64,000 bases of DNA from Camelus ferus (taxonomy: Eukaryota), in assembly GCF_009834535.1 (NCBI RefSeq), contig NC_045697.1:19904001-19968000 (forward strand). Direction: 5' to 3'. This document shows, in pieces, positions 49,476-64,000 of this stretch. Position 1 is the stretch's first letter. Every line of letters begins with the position of its first letter. The position numbers and the translations under genes are program-made. A model generated the notes under the pieces. That model did no database searches, had not been told where the DNA came from, and saw only the letters and a program-made list of their open reading frames with translations.

Positions 49476-52400
49476 CAAATTGAATTTTGGCTGGGTCAAA
49501 TGAGTATATATGACAGAATTTCATGAATATGGTAATTTCAGGACATTTCTAGACATGGTAATAAAGGTTTAATGCCATTTTATTATTAAATCTAAACAAA
49601 TGCAGAGTTCATAATTCAGTGAATGAGAAATGCCTTCACGTTGGGTTCCTACAGCTTCTGCCTCTGAGTGATCCTTTCTTGCTGATGGATTATGCAAATC
49701 TCAAATGAGGCTTTGCCCTGGGTCCTAGAGGAATTAGATACTTTGTAGAGTATGCTGTAAATGCCTAACTTCAATTTATGTTTCCAGAATGTATCATTAT
49801 AAAACCTGCTGGTTGGTTGCCCTTTTGAAAAGAAAATCTCTCCAACTGGATTGTATTCAAACATGATAGGTGGAAAAACCAGCTTTCTCTTACTGCTATT
49901 TTTGTCAGTATCAATAGGTTTTCCAACTACTGTCACACATTCTAATTTAAAAACCACGTGCCTTCTGAAAAATGAGAACTGGGAATGAAAGGCAAGCTTT
50001 AAATGTAGAATGCTTTACTCTTAGAATTACTGCTGAGTACACTGAAAATGAAAATGCTATTTAAAAGTTTAGGAAGTGTCTGATAAGAAGTAAAGAGGTC
50101 AGAAAATAGTTTCTTCTGATAAGCCTACATTTCAAATATATTTTATAGGACAGTAAATTGCCTGGATATTTAAAAAAATAACCAAAATGCGTCACTCAAA
50201 TTTTGTTTCCCATAATTGTTGGCTTTGCAAAATTTAACTGATTGAGTTCCCTATTCCTGAACAAAATTAGCAAAATCCCTAAAATCAAAAAGAAATAAAA
50301 ATAATGATTTCCCCTCTGTCATATCTCTTCCTATGTGTGTGTATGTTATCAATATCTTTAAAAATGGGCTGAGATAGAAGGTAGCTTACAAAATACAGAT
50401 TATTATAATTTTGTCTTTGCTTCAATTTGGTAAAAGTTGAGGGAAAATACATGGGTATCTTTACAAGCTTGCTAAAAGTATGAATTTGGGATTTGTTAAT
50501 TCATATCTCTTTCTATTTCAAAGTGACTTATTTGGAAGGAAATCTGAGTTTAAGAGATGATGGCTCGGGTCATCTTTTGCAAAAGATAAAACTGAGGTTC
50601 CATCATGCATATGTGTTGCATGTGCCTAATTTTCATATATAATTTCAAGGCACAGTAAGGAGTCATTTCCATGAACCATACACTTTTCAAACAAGATTGG
50701 ATAAAAATTGAGCCTACTCACAAGAACCTTTCAGTTTATTGGGGAAGAGAGCAGGTACATTACACACTGTGAGTGGTATCATGAAGATTTGAACTAGTTC
50801 ATATGGAAATGTAAGGAAAAGGTATTAATGATGCTCTCAGATACTGCATCATGGGAAGAGGAGCAGGTAAGTGATGGTTGATGCCTAAGCCAGGCTACTC
50901 AAGCCAGGGAAGGTCATTATAGAGGGAGTCAATGTCATATGGAAAGACATGGTATAGAGAAATAACCAGTTTGTTCAGGAAACCCTTTTTAGTTTGAGCT
51001 GATGGAAGAATCTGGTATCTGCAGGACTATGGTAAAGACAGAGATAGAACAGAAACCACTTAGGTGAAGAAGGCTATTTCGGTAGACAGTCTGGGAGGCG
51101 CTGTGGTTAATGGTGGCTGAAGTAGTCCTAAAGTAGGGGTCTGGTCGCTGGAAACTTTGCAAGCCATGGTGACTTATTTCAGATTATCCTGTAAATAAAG
51201 GCAGCCCTGAAAGCGTAATTAAGCTAAGAAATGGCATGGCTGCATTTATATTTTTGGCAGTATCATTCAAATAGCCGTATGGAGTTTAACAGAGAGTGCA
51301 ATACCAAGTTCAGGGAAACTAATTTGGAAGCTGGTCCTGGCTGGAGAATGGTAGGACTTGAGTTCAAGAAATAAGAGTGACAGTGAGTAAAAACAAACAA
51401 ACAAACAAACAAAAAAAACCGAGTAAATTAGCCATGGATGTAGCAGTCCTTGAACACAGAACTCTATATATGTGTGCATGAGGTGGATGGCAAGGAAGAA
51501 TTTGCAGATCTATTTTTCCTGGTTTGTGAATTTAGCAACTGGGTAAAACATAGTAGGAATAGTGAGTTTAGGAGAGTTATAAATGCTTTCAGTATTTTCC
51601 TTTGGGGGTCCACAGAACTGTTACTCAGTTTAGAGTGCCGTCCTTTGGTACATATTTAGGAGGTATCGGTATGTTCATTAAAATCACAGAGGTGTTTAAA
51701 GTATCCCAGAAGAGGATTTAGAGCACCGTTTATTAATTTTTGATTGTTATTACAGATAACAGCTTTGAGAATCAGAGCAAATCTATGACTTCTACCTCTC
51801 AAATTTGGCATTCAGTGTCAGGGGACTCATTTTCCTCTAAGAGTATTCATTGGCCCTAGGTTAAGAACCTCTTAAGTCACATGAATAAAGAAGAGGAATA
51901 GTAATAAAGCCCTCCGGGATGCTCCTCAGTAAACCATTAAAAACACTGACTTCAGTTTTGCCTGAAAATGTTTTCTGTGATGAGCTCAACTCTGTTGGAT
52001 ATTTCTCTTAGAGGATAAATCAACCATTGACTCCATGTACCAATGAATTAGTTCATATATCATGATCTTGCAATGTAGAAAATATAATTTAAAAAAAAAA
52101 ACAGTGAAAAAAAATTTCCAAGTCAGGGGACTGCTTTTGTCATCAACTATAAGATCTTTAAGGAAATTCATAGTGTTACTTGCCTAGAGCCTGAACTACA
52201 TTTTTCAAAGCTTATATAAATAATACTACTCTTCAATGCTTAATTAAGACTTTTGGCATGACCACCACCACCACCACCAAGCTGCCTGCCAATGTAAAAC
52301 AATTTACTCCCTAGTTAAAAATAGTTCTGGCTAGATTGAAATTGATAGACAATGAGCCAGTGGTTGGGACTGTTTGTTGAATACTATGCCCCAATTTTGT

Positions 52401-52979
52401 TAATGAAGGTATACATCATGCTCCAGTTGGTATTTTATTTGTGAAGCCAGGAATGATTCCAGTTTCTATAGCTGGTGCCAAGATCTATCATTTAGTCAGT
52501 AAAGAAAAGACACGTGCTGCAGACATGTGCCATCACAGTGGGGCTCCTGAGCCCTGGGAGAGAACTGGTCCAGGAGGAACATCTCCCAGTTTCTAGATCT
52601 ACTCACCTCATGACCCCCTACCATTAAATTCTAATTTTTTTAAAATGAGAATTAACATTTTCCTAATACTACATGTCAGACACAGCACACGGTGAGGGAG
52701 AAGGTAGGACAGCTGGAAGTAGCAGTCTTCAGGTGACATTCTCCCGATGATTTTGTTCATTTAACACAAAGAATTGTCACTTCATAGCTACCTTACTACT
52801 CTTCTATGTTTTGAAGATTCTAGTATTTCAGTACACATTGCTTTGTATAGTATCTCTGCCAATTAAAAAGCAAAAATAGTAAGTTAGAGAAAACCTGATT
52901 AACAGTGAAAAAAGAAACATGTACTTTTAATTTTTGTCATTAAACGTCCCAAGGAATGTGATTTCGGAGATCGTTCGTG

Positions 52980-53100
52980 AGCTCAAAGATGTCATCAGTC
53001 TGGGGTCTTCTCATAGTATTGCTCCACCGTATTCAACATGTTGACTTCTTTTCCTTAGACGTGTTGTCCCCTGATCATAGGATGGCCACACCAGACCAGG
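52980..53100 (-). mobile_element. old MLT1 fragment
   Basis: CTCAAAGATGTCATCAG..TCAACATGTTGACTTC..TGATCATAGGATGGCCAC resembles antisense MLT1K/J. Confidence 0.45.
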
Positions 53101-53919
53101 AAGGATGATGACTTTCAAAGGAGACGCCAGCTCTTGTCTTAACATCTAAATATTCATTGTATAAATAAAACATAGCACTTTAAACAAATTTGAATTAAAT
53201 TCAAGTTTAATGTATATGCTTACAATTGTTTATAGCATTTATTGCTCTGATCAATTTTAAGCAGATTCAAACATCCAGTCATGTAATACAGTAGGCAATG
53301 AAGCAATAATGTATGTCTACATGAATTTTTTAATTGAGGAGCATTTACTGAGCAAATAGAGAATATTCAAACATAGACGCAAGAAACGCTCGTTTCTCAT
53401 CGAGTGAAACCAACAGTACATACTAATGCAAGCTAACAAACAGTGGGGCATATGACAGCACAGTACATACTTACTCTGAAAATAAAGTAGTGTGTACTTA
53501 AGAAAGATTGCTTTGCTTTTTTGTCTAGGGGATTTAGTGAGATTATTTATTCTTAGTCTACCCTTTGTGCTCAAGGACCTTTATGAATATTTTGCATTAT
53601 GCTCAGCCATAATGTCATATCACTTTATGAACATTATGAAATTCATTTATTTTCTTTGATAGAACCTGTAATTTGTGAATGAAAAATTCCATGCATAGTA
53701 CTAAGTATCCAATTACTGTTACATTTTAGCAAGTTCATTTAATGGTGGTTACTATGAACACTGATCATGACTCTCATATCATAATGTTGCACAAGGAATT
53801 ATCAGTCTTGCCAGTCAGTGTCTATGTAGACAGGAGGAGCTGATAAAAATTTTGTATTGCTGAGGAATGATCTCGTATAGCATGTCCAGCCCTGAAGAGA
53901 GCAGTGGTCCTGAATTTAC

Positions 53920-54125
53920 TGTCTAGAATCAAGTAGCACCGAACTGTACATGCTCTTTGAACTTGGGGAAGTTACTCAAATTTTCTGTGCCGCAGCTTCC
54001 TCTTCAGATAACTGGGAGTAAATCCTCGTTAATCTTTTTGTAAGAACTAAAGGAGATGATTAACATGAGACGCTTAGCACAGAACCTGGCACTGAGGAGG
54101 CCCAAGATAGCTCTTAGCCATTATT
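53920..54125 (+). mobile_element. MIR
   Basis: ACTTGGGGAAGTTACTCAAATTTTCTGTGCCGCAGCTTCCTCTTCAG..GCTTAGCACAGAACCTGGCAC. Confidence 0.75.
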
Positions 54126-54197
54126 CGTTAACTGATTAACGATATCATTTTGTCACTGGCGTTCAGAAGACCTTGACCATCTACATTAATTTTTAAA

Positions 54198-54489
54198 CTT
54201 TTAATTAAGATGTAATTAACCTATAAGATTATATTAGTGCCAGGTGTAAAACATGATTTGATATAGGCACATATTGTGAACTGATCACCAAAATAAGTCT
54301 AGTTAATACCCTTGACTACACATGATTACAATTTTTTTTTCTTGTGATGAGAACATTTAAGATTTACTCTCTTAGCACCTTTCAAACATGCAGTATGGTA
54401 TCATTAATGATAGTCCCCGTGCTGTTCATTACATCCCAAGACTTACTTCTTTTATAACTAGAAGTTTGTACCTTTTGACCACCTTCACC
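54198..54489 (-). mobile_element. L1 3' UTR (L1MA9-like)
   Basis: TTCTTGTGATGAGAACATTTAAGATTTACTCTCTTAGCA..TATAACTAGAAGTTTGTACCTTTTGACCACCTTCACC. Confidence 0.85.
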
Positions 54490-54689
54490 TTTCTTTTTAA
54501 ATCTGAGCTTCAGTGTAGTTTGAAAAAAGGTGAATAATAATTCCTGCTATTTCCACTCCACAAGTTTACTTTGGAAAGCAAATACAATAACGGATGCTGG
54601 AGGCAGTGAGTAGTAGTGAAAACAGCCCAGCTTTACAGCTAGACAGACCTGCTCTCAAATCCTTGCTCCTCGATTATTCCACATGGAGC

Positions 54690-55235
54690 GTCCTGAATGG
54701 AATTGTTAAAATGTAGACTAGGTCTTATCATCTTGTCCACCAGAACTTTTAATTCTCTATTATCTTAGAATATAATCAACAATCCTTAGGTAGCAGATAA
54801 GGCTCCGTTTGAAGTGGTCCCTTCCTGTATCTTTACTTCCATCTCATATCATTTTCCCATCGTTTGCTAGACTCCAGCCCACTGCCTTGTCTTCATTTCC
54901 TTGTCTTGACCATAAATTTCCTCACCTTGAGGATTTTAAATGAGCTAGTTACTTTACCTGCATTTCCACTCCCCTCCCCATACAGTTCATCTTTCTGACT
55001 TTAATTCATATTCAAGATCTCCTCAGCTGTCGCTTTCTAAGTCTTCTTTCGTCTCTTAAATCGAACACTATTTTGATTTCTCATGGCACTCTTTACTTGG
55101 CTTTATATCACTATATGTAATTATACATTGCTTGAATGAATATGTATTTGTCTCTTCTGCTCACTCCATGAAAACAAAGGTTATACCCATTTATATCACA
55201 ACTGTATCACCAGGTTCTAGCATATAATGGACTTT
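54690..55235 (+). mobile_element. L2 3' region
   Basis: TCTTAGAATATAATC, CTAGACTCCAGCCC, ACTCCATGAAAACAAAGG, ACTGTATCACCAGGTTCTAGCA. Confidence 0.55.
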
Positions 55236-57034
55236 TATTATAGAATACAGAATTAACATAATTCCTTGAAATTTATAGTCCTCACTAGAAAAGATGGATG
55301 TTACTAACACTTACCTTGCAGATTGTTTTTACATAGGAAGTGGCATGTTTACAATATCTTCCCTGTGGTAGCTGTCAAAATATGTGATGTTAAGTAATAG
55401 TAATAAAAGGACAGTGCATTTTAAAACAGTAAGTCAGTTTTGTTCTGTTGAAATGAACGGGATCATACAAAGGGAACACAAACATAAATATGACTGGTCC
55501 CCTATAGTTCAAATTTAACATGTATTTTATTTGGGGGAAAATGTACAAGGAGAGATGTAGCAGAATGCAGTGATCCCCGAAGCTGTTGTCTAGAAGAGGA
55601 GGGCTCAGGCTGGACTGGCCACACCTTGGAGAAGGTGTTAGTGGAGAACTCTCTCCATATCATAGAAGGTCAGGGATAGCCTGGAAAAGTGTACCATGAT
55701 GGAAGTTTCTTAGTCAAGAAAGTAGCCTTGTTAGAAATAGGGAACCTTCAGAGCCCGTTCTTTGCTTTCAATAATTTCTTTCATTGAGTTAACTCAATCT
55801 TGATTCTTTTCAAAGCTACCAAAGGTAAGGAGAAAATTAGCCATCAGTGCCTGTGGCAATTATTCTTTCATAAGGGGGGGAATATATCAGAATTTTTGGC
55901 AGAGAAGGTTCTGGATTATTATTCATAGTGTCTGACTTACTTTAGTTCTTTCCTTTTCCCCCCACTACTTGGGCATCCAGAGTTCTTTTTCCAAATCACT
56001 GTTAGTTTTTTGTTTTTTGTTTTTTAAGTCACCAGCACTAAATGCCGTACTTGGAATCACAAAAATGCTTCCTGTGTGTTTCCTGAATACAATGAGTGTG
56101 GATCATTCAGGGAGGTAGTAGTGTAATGATTCCACTGTGGAGTGAGACAGGCCAGAACTCAAACACCAGATACATTGTTTCTTGATGATGGAAAATCGAG
56201 TTTCTGTTTCTTTTTCTATAATGATGACAGTAGTACTCAGTTCTTAGGATTAATAGCAAATTAAAATAGAAAAGAGATTTTTTTAAATGCTTAATAATGT
56301 AAATGGCGTATGATAAGTGAAAATACATGGAGGCACACACTATTAGTTTTCATTTTGCTATTACCAGTTTTTCGATATTAGTATAATTCAGTGTAGGACT
56401 TGAAAGATGATGAAGATAGAAAATGTAGTGAAGAACTACATGCACTAGGACTTTCAGTGAGGAAGGGGAGCAGATTGGAAAGGAAAAAGTTAAGAGAGTG
56501 AGCCCCAGACACAGAGGTAACAAGTACAGGAGGTTTGGAATTGATTTAGTGATTCAGACATAGTACAGAGCCTGTGAACTCTAAAAATATGTAGCTAAAC
56601 AAATGTGCTTTGTCTTTAATAAGGCAAAAGTGTCTCTTTTCAGGTATTCATGCCAAGTGATCCTGGTGGAAAGACTGTGAAATTGAATGATGACGTTTAG
56701 TTCAGTTTTTTAATTAACTTAATGCACACATCATGATTATATTTATCAGATTATTTTGCCAGTTTCTTTCTCTCCTGGACGTGTGCAAAGAGAGTACCTC
56801 CTGTTTATTAGTATATTAAATTCACTTAAAAAAAAAGAACAACCACTCATTTTTGTTCTCAAGCACTAGGTTATCTTGTGAGTGAAGCAATTGAAGCAGG
56901 TCTTCAGTTTTCCACTTCATGATGTTTTTTTTACCCTCAGCAGTTAACTGTTATTCAGTTATGCATACAGTAGAGGCTATTATTCAGCACATACTGAACA
57001 AGGATCTCTTTGTGTCCATATATACATTTTTTAT

Positions 57035-57225
57035 TATGATGGTTAAAAGTATGAGTTGTAGAGTTAGTCTCTTTATTTGCCATGAAGCAAAGTACCTGAC
57101 AGGTGTAAACATCACTTCACTCACTAGTAAATAGGAATGATAAGAGCATTATTGCATTGGCTTGTAGCGACAAGCAAATTAAGTAATGTATGTAAAGTGC
57201 CTGGCGTTCAGTACGTAAATAATTT
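57035..57225 (+). mobile_element. MIR
   Basis: TGGTTAAAAGTATGAG..GTAAATAGGAATGATAA..TAATGTATGTAAAGTGCCTGGC. Confidence 0.5.
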
Positions 57226-60200
57226 TTGGTCATATGACCCACAGACTTCTTTCACGTTGATCATTTAATTAAGATAAGGCTTTAAAGAAATCATACCTCA
57301 CATCCTTATTTACAGAAGAGAAAACTGAGATTTAGGAAGTTTATCTCATTTTGGTCTTATTTATAGTAGATGATCAGAACAAGAATTGACCCAGGTATAA
57401 AAACCAAGATCCCATGAGAGTTTTCTAGTTTAATACCGTCTCATGTGTGCGTGTGTGTTTTGCTTTCTTTGTGTACCTCAGGCTGTGAATCAATAATCAA
57501 CAAGTCAGTTAGTGGGAAGAATAAAGGAGGGGAATTATGAATAATTTAGTTCAGTTCAGCCAGCTTTTACTGAGAACCTGATATAAAGAATGGATTAAAT
57601 ATCTGAATCACATAAAATCCCTGACCAAGACAATCTTATAGTCTGTTATGAGAAATACACATTTACAGCATAGAATAAGCAACACTGTATGTGTGCCCCA
57701 GACGGACTTGGCAAATGGAAACAAGAGGCTCACTCTGTCAGGGGAGGGGTAGTTGTTAGGACGGGGCATGTGTATTCTGGAAAGAGTCATAGGGAAGATG
57801 ATGCTAAAGTAATGTTTTAAAGGATGAACAGAGTTTCTTACATGAAGGTTCATCCTAGCTGGTGGGAAAAATTCCCAAGAGAGGACACGATGATTTTGAA
57901 AATAATAAGCTTAATATCACCTGAATTGAAACTTTAAAATTTGGCAGCAGTGGTAAAAAGGAATAAGACTTGTAAGACCAAACCATAAAAGTCCTTTACT
58001 GAAATACAAGTTACATCGACTGAGGGAGTGTGAATATTCCCAGTGGAGAAAAAGGGAAATTGTCTTCTCTCTGCCTCAGAAATTTTCAAGCGGGAAAGAA
58101 GTCCTAATCATGGTCTCAAGCCACTTTGTTGGTGATGCTGGAAAATTCCAGGAGTGCAGGGTTAGAGATCGTTGTGCCTCGTGATCAGAAAGTCTGTTTC
58201 TTTTATTTACCATCTGAGATTAAACTACCTTGTTTTACCTCTTGGGCATTATTCGGGGAATTAATGGTACAACACTGGGCATATGAGTGCCGCGGACAGA
58301 GAAATAGCCAACTTGAGAGACAGCTCTCACAAGATAGGGTTAAATGGAATTTATATGGTTTCATTTCTAACTAGCGTAATCTTGGGATGTTGTGAAATCC
58401 CTTTTAGAGCACGAATTTAATAGAAGTCATCTAATTAAAAACCCACTAAATAATACTTGTTTTAGCTATTTCTTTAACTTAATTGAATGCATGCCATTTA
58501 CTTTTCAAGGACTTTAACTGCTGTCCCAGTTGAGACTTTAAAAAACAGCTGTTATTTTGACACAATATGGTAAGAGATCAGACATATTTCAGTTGATTGA
58601 GCAAATTAAACATGTAGGCCATTTAAAAATAAAAGCTGGTAACTGTCCTGAAACTAATTATCTTACAATATTTCGTGGCAGCACCTGAAACTGAGCAAAG
58701 TTGAGACTTTGAGACTCAGTCACTGGGGATTTTAAATCTGATAGGGCCCAGTTTGGAACATAAAAACTCAAGTTCTCCATATCCAAGGGCTTCAGCAGTA
58801 CATCTGCTCCTTCACACACTTAATGAATGCATCTGACTTTATCAGTAGGTGCTTCTGAGACAAAGCATTCCTTGCCCAGCAGACAGTGCTGCGGCTACAT
58901 TCATTAATAGAATTCTTTATATTTGTACAGGGATTACTGTCATGACAACAAGGCTCATTATTTTCAGAATTGTGTGGGTATGTGGGGAGACAGTTAAATC
59001 TGAATTTCTCTATGGGTGATAAGGAAACCGACGCAGGCTTTTTAGAAATCACATGCCAACCAAATATAAAGATCCGAGTCCATCCTCCGTGAAACAATAA
59101 ATCAGAGCAATAATTCATGGATTATCACCTATGGGGAATGAGACCAATACCTATGCTAAACATTCTAAATAAATTCACTGGAAGACACTCTCAATGTGTA
59201 TTTTTCACTATATTAAATATATAAAATTATTCAGAAGCATGCTGTATAAAATTGTATTAATGAACTGGATATGCTCTAAGATTATTTTTGTTCCCCACCA
59301 AGTTTGTAGGAAATCGATTGAGACTAAAATCATACTGTTCATTTGACTGAACTGAAAATCTTCTCTAAATGTAACAGGTCACTTAGTGAAACATCGTTAT
59401 ACGCATGCAAGAAGATATTTCATAAGTTTTACATCTCATGCATTTTGGTTATCTTCTCGGCTCATCTTCAAACCACCCTTGTTCCAGACTGAACCCTTAG
59501 GCATAAGCTGTATAGATGGCCAGTTTGTGTGTTACAGAAACACAATAGATGTAAACACTACTTTCGAAGGCTAATCCTCAAAGACATGTGATGACATGGG
59601 TTAAGGCATTCAAAATGCATTAAAGAAATATTTGTCTCCTGTCCCAGGTTTCAACCTTTGTCTGTAGGTTCTGGCTTTAGTTTTTGGACTGAAAAATTTC
59701 TCTGTCTTTCTCTTTCCCTTCTTATTCTAGTCTTGAATTTTTAAAATGTGCCATAAACATATGATATCCAGCACCCTTATTTAGGTATTTTGTAGTTTAT
59801 TTTGCAGTAATAAGATTTTTGACAGGATAGTAGTCTTCATGCTTTCACCAATTGAATGGCCACCTATTTTCAGCTTATAAATGGATTTTTCAGGCTCAAA
59901 ATGTAGTAGGAAACTATTTAGTTACAGAATGGTTTTCCAACATATATATTCAAATACTATATATAGCCATTAATTTTAGAAGTAAACGTAGTATCTAAAA
60001 TCAGTATAACAAATACCATAGTATAATTTATATTGCTTGTATGTGACCTACTGAATTTATAATTATTAGAAGAAATTTATCTTAAAACGTCTGTGAAGAA
60101 TTGAGAAGTCTCTTCAGTGAAATGAATAGAGCACTTCCATTATAAAATACAAATAAAAGGCATTGTGTTTGTGGGAGGATTTAAATAGAAAGCTAAGACT

Positions 60201-60389
60201 ACAAAAAGGAAAGTCTGCTTGGGCCTTATATTATTACTGGTTTTTTTTCTTAAAGATTTAGGTTTTTTTAAAAATATATTAGAATTATTTTCTCAAAAGT
60301 TACTAAACTACCAAAGTAATGCCCCTTATTAGCAGTTTATTTTCAATCATGTGACTGTTTCAGTAGATATTTTTGATAAACTTCAGTAA

Positions 60390-61225
60390 TCGTTCATAAT
60401 GAAAATTTTTAGCAAATTGGAATTAGAAAGAAACTTCTTATTCTGATAAGTATATGTACATTTTTAAAATTACAACAAACCTCACACTTAATTTCGAAAT
60501 GTTGACAGATTTTTCTTTAAATTTACCAAACCAAGAAAAAAGTTCCCCACATCTCTACTTCTATTTCTCTTTGTGCTGGAAACCCTGACCTTCTCAGTAA
60601 GGCAACAAAAGTAAATACATTTGTAAGGACTGATCAATAAGAATCAAAGTTGCTATTATTTTTGCATTATATTGTGTACAGAAAACTTAGAAAAATCAAC
60701 ACATATTACAAATGTTACAACAAAATAATACAGAATAATCGAATTTATATGTGTATACAAACCAAAAAACCTAGAACATTTTTAAAAAAATATTGAAATA
60801 TTATAAAAAATAAAACATACATAGTAATTGATATCTAATAGGCAAGAACTCTTAGAAAATTGTTATACTTAAGAGTGATGCATTTGAGAATTGAATAAAT
60901 CTGTTGATATTCCAGATATGGATAGGAAAACTCAATATTGTAAATACGTCAGTGTCTTCAAATTGATTGACAGTTTTAATGTAATCCCAAGCAAGTTGCA
61001 ACACTTATTTTAGGAGAAAGCTGATTTTCAAATTTATCGGAAATCAATTGCAAAGCGTCAATAATTGCCAAGATCATCTTGAAGGGGGAGAATATGGATT
61101 CAGGACTTGTTCTACAAAATATCATTTATCTATTATAAAGCTATATAAATTCTGCAGAGGAGAATTGGTGCAGGGATAGACCATAGAGAAGCTGGAAATA
61201 GATCACACATATAGAGATGCTTAGT
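60390..61225 (+). mobile_element. old L1 ORF2 fragment (RT region)
   Basis: TTAGCAAATTGGAATTAGAAAGAAACTTC, GTGCTGGAAACCCT, TGGATAGGAAAACTCAATATTGTAAA, TTTTAATGTAATCCCAA, TATTATAAAGCTAT. Confidence 0.7.
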
Positions 61226-61998
61226 ATTTGGCAGGGGTCACTGAAAAGTGACATAAAATCTCTCAACTCACCTTATTTTTGATTATGTGTGCAATATTGA
61301 GGATGCAGTTTCTATAATCTAACTTTTGGGATTCATAACCTCATACTGAATTCAGCCAAAAATGTCTCCCAAAATACTTTGGATTCTTAAAAGTCTGCAC
61401 TTTTCATTTACCTTCTTACCCTTTTCTGTTTAAAAAGACAATACCTGGTTGAATGGAGGTGGACTTTGCTGACCCTAAACTGGTCACCAAGTTTACAGTC
61501 AGAGGCTGCATCAGTCTGTTTTTACCTTCCTGACCATTTTTTCTACCCTCTAAAGAGTGCTTAGAGCCTGATTTTGCAACTCTGCAGTTTTTGCCTCTTA
61601 ATCTCCTTCTATTACTGAGCTGTTGTTAGATAACCAGAAGTGGAATTATTTTGATAGACTTTTTTCTATTAATGCTTATTTTATTTATAATTCAAAATTC
61701 TAAAGAGAATTATTAGGGCCAGCAAATTTGGGGCACTTGTTCAAGATGGACATTTTGAAAAGTGTTATTTTGTTACTCTGTATCAGGGGCCCATAAAATT
61801 CTCAGATGCAATTCTTGAAAACAAACTGTTCCTCGAATTCAGACATGAAATGAAGTCAAGAGGAGGTGGAGACAAGTTTACACTTTCTCATCCTTATAAT
61901 CCAGAGGCTTGTGTTTTATAATCCAGAGAGTTTTGGTCATTATGTAGATAGAAGAGACTAAATCCAATATTTGAATGTTGAGAAAAAGTAATCTGTAT

Positions 61999-62520
61999 CA
62001 GCTGACCTTAAACTGAGGTCTGGAGAGTCCTGGAGGTTTCTGAGATACTTTGAAGCAATCGGCAAGGTCAAAACCATTTTCATAATAATATTATGATAGT
62101 ATTTGCATTTTTTATTCCCATTCTGTCAGGAGTGTACAGTAGAATTTTTCAGAGGTTAATGGCATGTAATAGCAGAACAGATTGAATGCAGAAGCGGATA
62201 TGAAAATCAGCTTTCTCCTATTAAGTCAGACATCAAAGAAATTTATAAAAGGAGAAAACAGTGCTATTTTCTATTATTTTTTTTTTTGGAAAATACACTT
62301 ATTTTCATAAAAAACAAACCAGTATGTTAAGTAGTAGGGATTTTATTTGCCCATCTTAAATGAATTAATAATTAGATATATTAACTCATTTCTCATTTTT
62401 AATTAAACATAGAGTAAACAATAACATATAACTCACTTAAACTAAAACTCTTTGGGGTCCTTAGGAAGTTTTTAGAGGGCAAACTTCTTGGTGCTGAAAC
62501 CAAAAAGTTTGAGACTTAAT
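61999..62520 (+). mobile_element. hAT Charlie1-family internal-deletion derivative
   Basis: AAGGTCAAAACCATTTTCATAATAATA..ACAGATTGAATGCAGAAGCGGATATGA..CTCTTTGGGGTCCT..ACCAAAAAGTTTGAGA. Confidence 0.8.
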
Positions 62521-63029
62521 AATCTTAAATTTCTTTGAGATTTTATTTCTTGAGATTATATTGTTATACGATTATCTAGTCCCATAATGCAACTTGTAGT
62601 TTTTATAAGGTTATGTGAACACTCTTATTTCCTAGTTTCTGTGAGAACACAAAGAATTACGACTAATGGCAATAGATTTTTTTTTTAATTGAACACAATG
62701 GAATGGTTGCTTTTTTCCATAGTATACTCTTACTGATTCGTGGCATTTGGTTAAATTTGATTTTTGGTTCTAGGAAGAACTTGAATGAGGAAACTAATTT
62801 TTGGTATTTTCAATTCTTTGCAGTATTCTTTTTAATGTTCTTTAAAGAGGAAATTGATATTTAACGTAATACCCAAATTTATATTTTATAATTGGAAGCA
62901 GAATTTATATCCACAAGAATACATTCAAACTTGATAAGATCAGCAACAGTGTTTTTTTTTTTAATTTAAATTATACAGGAGTTTTCTCTATCAAAATATT
63001 TATATTTATGCTAAAGGGAAAAAATGTCC

Positions 63030-64000
63030 ACCCACATATATAGTTTTAAATCTCACTAAATTTTACATATGTGTATAGCGACATAACCAGCACTAAGATC
63101 AAGTTATTGAGTATTTCCAAGAGTACACTATTTGAGCATTCTTAGGCAATACATTGTCCCAGAGATAACTTTTACTTTAAAATTATAGATACATTTTGCC
63201 TATTCCTAAATTTCACAGAGTTGGAACCCAGCATCATATACTCTTGTGTATGGGACTTCTTCTGCTCAGTATTATGTCAGTGATACTCATCCCTGTTGTT
63301 GAGAGCAGCAGGAGTTCTCTTGGTGTTGTGATGTGTTTTTATACCCTATGAGGGTAGTACCGTGTACTTACTCTATTCTGTCTTGGGCTTTGGGTCATCT
63401 CAAATGTTAAGCTATTCTGAATTAAGCTGCTATGAACTCCTGTATCATTTGGAGGAAAAAAAGATCTTTTTTCTTGGAATAAAATTTGGGAGTGGGATTC
63501 CTTGGTCAGGTGGTCATTTTAGTAGATGCTGGCAAACTCTTTTCCAAAGTGATTTAACTAATTTGTGTTTCCATCATCAATCCAGTTGTTCTGCATCTTT
63601 GACTACCCTTCACATTGTCTAGCTTTTAAATTTTAGTCATTTTGTTGTACGCGGTGCCATGGTATCTTGTAGTCATTTTAATTTGCATTTTTATAATAAC
63701 AAATGCTCTTTGGCACCTTTTCATACAACTATTGACCATTTGAATATTTTGTGAAATGTTTCTTCAAGTATTTTATGCATTTGTACTCTGTGTATTGTAA
63801 AGTGTAGAAGTTATTTGTAGTCTCTCTATATCACAAACATCCTTTCCAGGTCTCTGGCTTCACTCTTCACTCTCTTAATATTGCTTTCCTTAAACAGAAT
63901 TTTTAGTTTCATTAACTCCAAATTACTAGTATTTACTGTAATGATTAGTGATTTTTGTTTCCTTTAGGAAATCTTCGATCTCTCAAATATAGTAAATGTA
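63030..64000 (-). mobile_element. old L1 (L1ME-like) 3' region, running off the window
   Basis: CTTCTTCTGCTCAGTATTATG, GGGAGTGGGATTCCTTGGTCA, TTCCAAAGTGATTTAACTAATTT, TTTTAATTTGCATTT. Confidence 0.75.

Noticed and set aside
50572..50587. Perfect 16-bp palindrome ATCTTTTGCAAAAGAT
   Set aside because: About one such palindrome is expected by chance in 64 kb of AT-rich DNA.
53041..53130. Apparent splice acceptor TTCTTTTCCTTAG and a following exon
   Set aside because: Lies within an MLT1-like remnant; no downstream donor or recognisable frame.
61894..61928. 13-bp direct repeat TTATAATCCAGAG
   Set aside because: Ordinary slippage micro-duplication. Only two units, so not an array or CRISPR.

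Overview
AT-rich, CpG-depleted mammalian genomic DNA, intergenic or deep intronic. It is most likely camelid (Camelus/Vicugna/Lama), inferred from three copies of a tRNA-derived SINE resembling Vic-1. No host protein-coding exon could be supported; the supplied ORFs are chance frames or repeat fragments. The window is dominated by decayed transposable elements: L1, L2, MIR, MLT1/MLT2/LTR33-like LTRs, hAT and Tigger DNA elements. Family names come from recalled consensus sequences, not a database search, and old-repeat boundaries are approximate. The most informative observations are: (1) an LTR-less class I ERV integrase+env fossil at ~14.3-16.2 kb; (2) a 5'-inverted, twin-primed L1 with a perfect 15-bp TSD that carries a nested tailless U5 snRNA retrocopy truncated at loop I; (3) a SINE inserted exactly into the TSD of an older L1; (4) a diverged ~100-bp local duplication next to a repeat-poor stretch. 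No convincing novel biological system was found.
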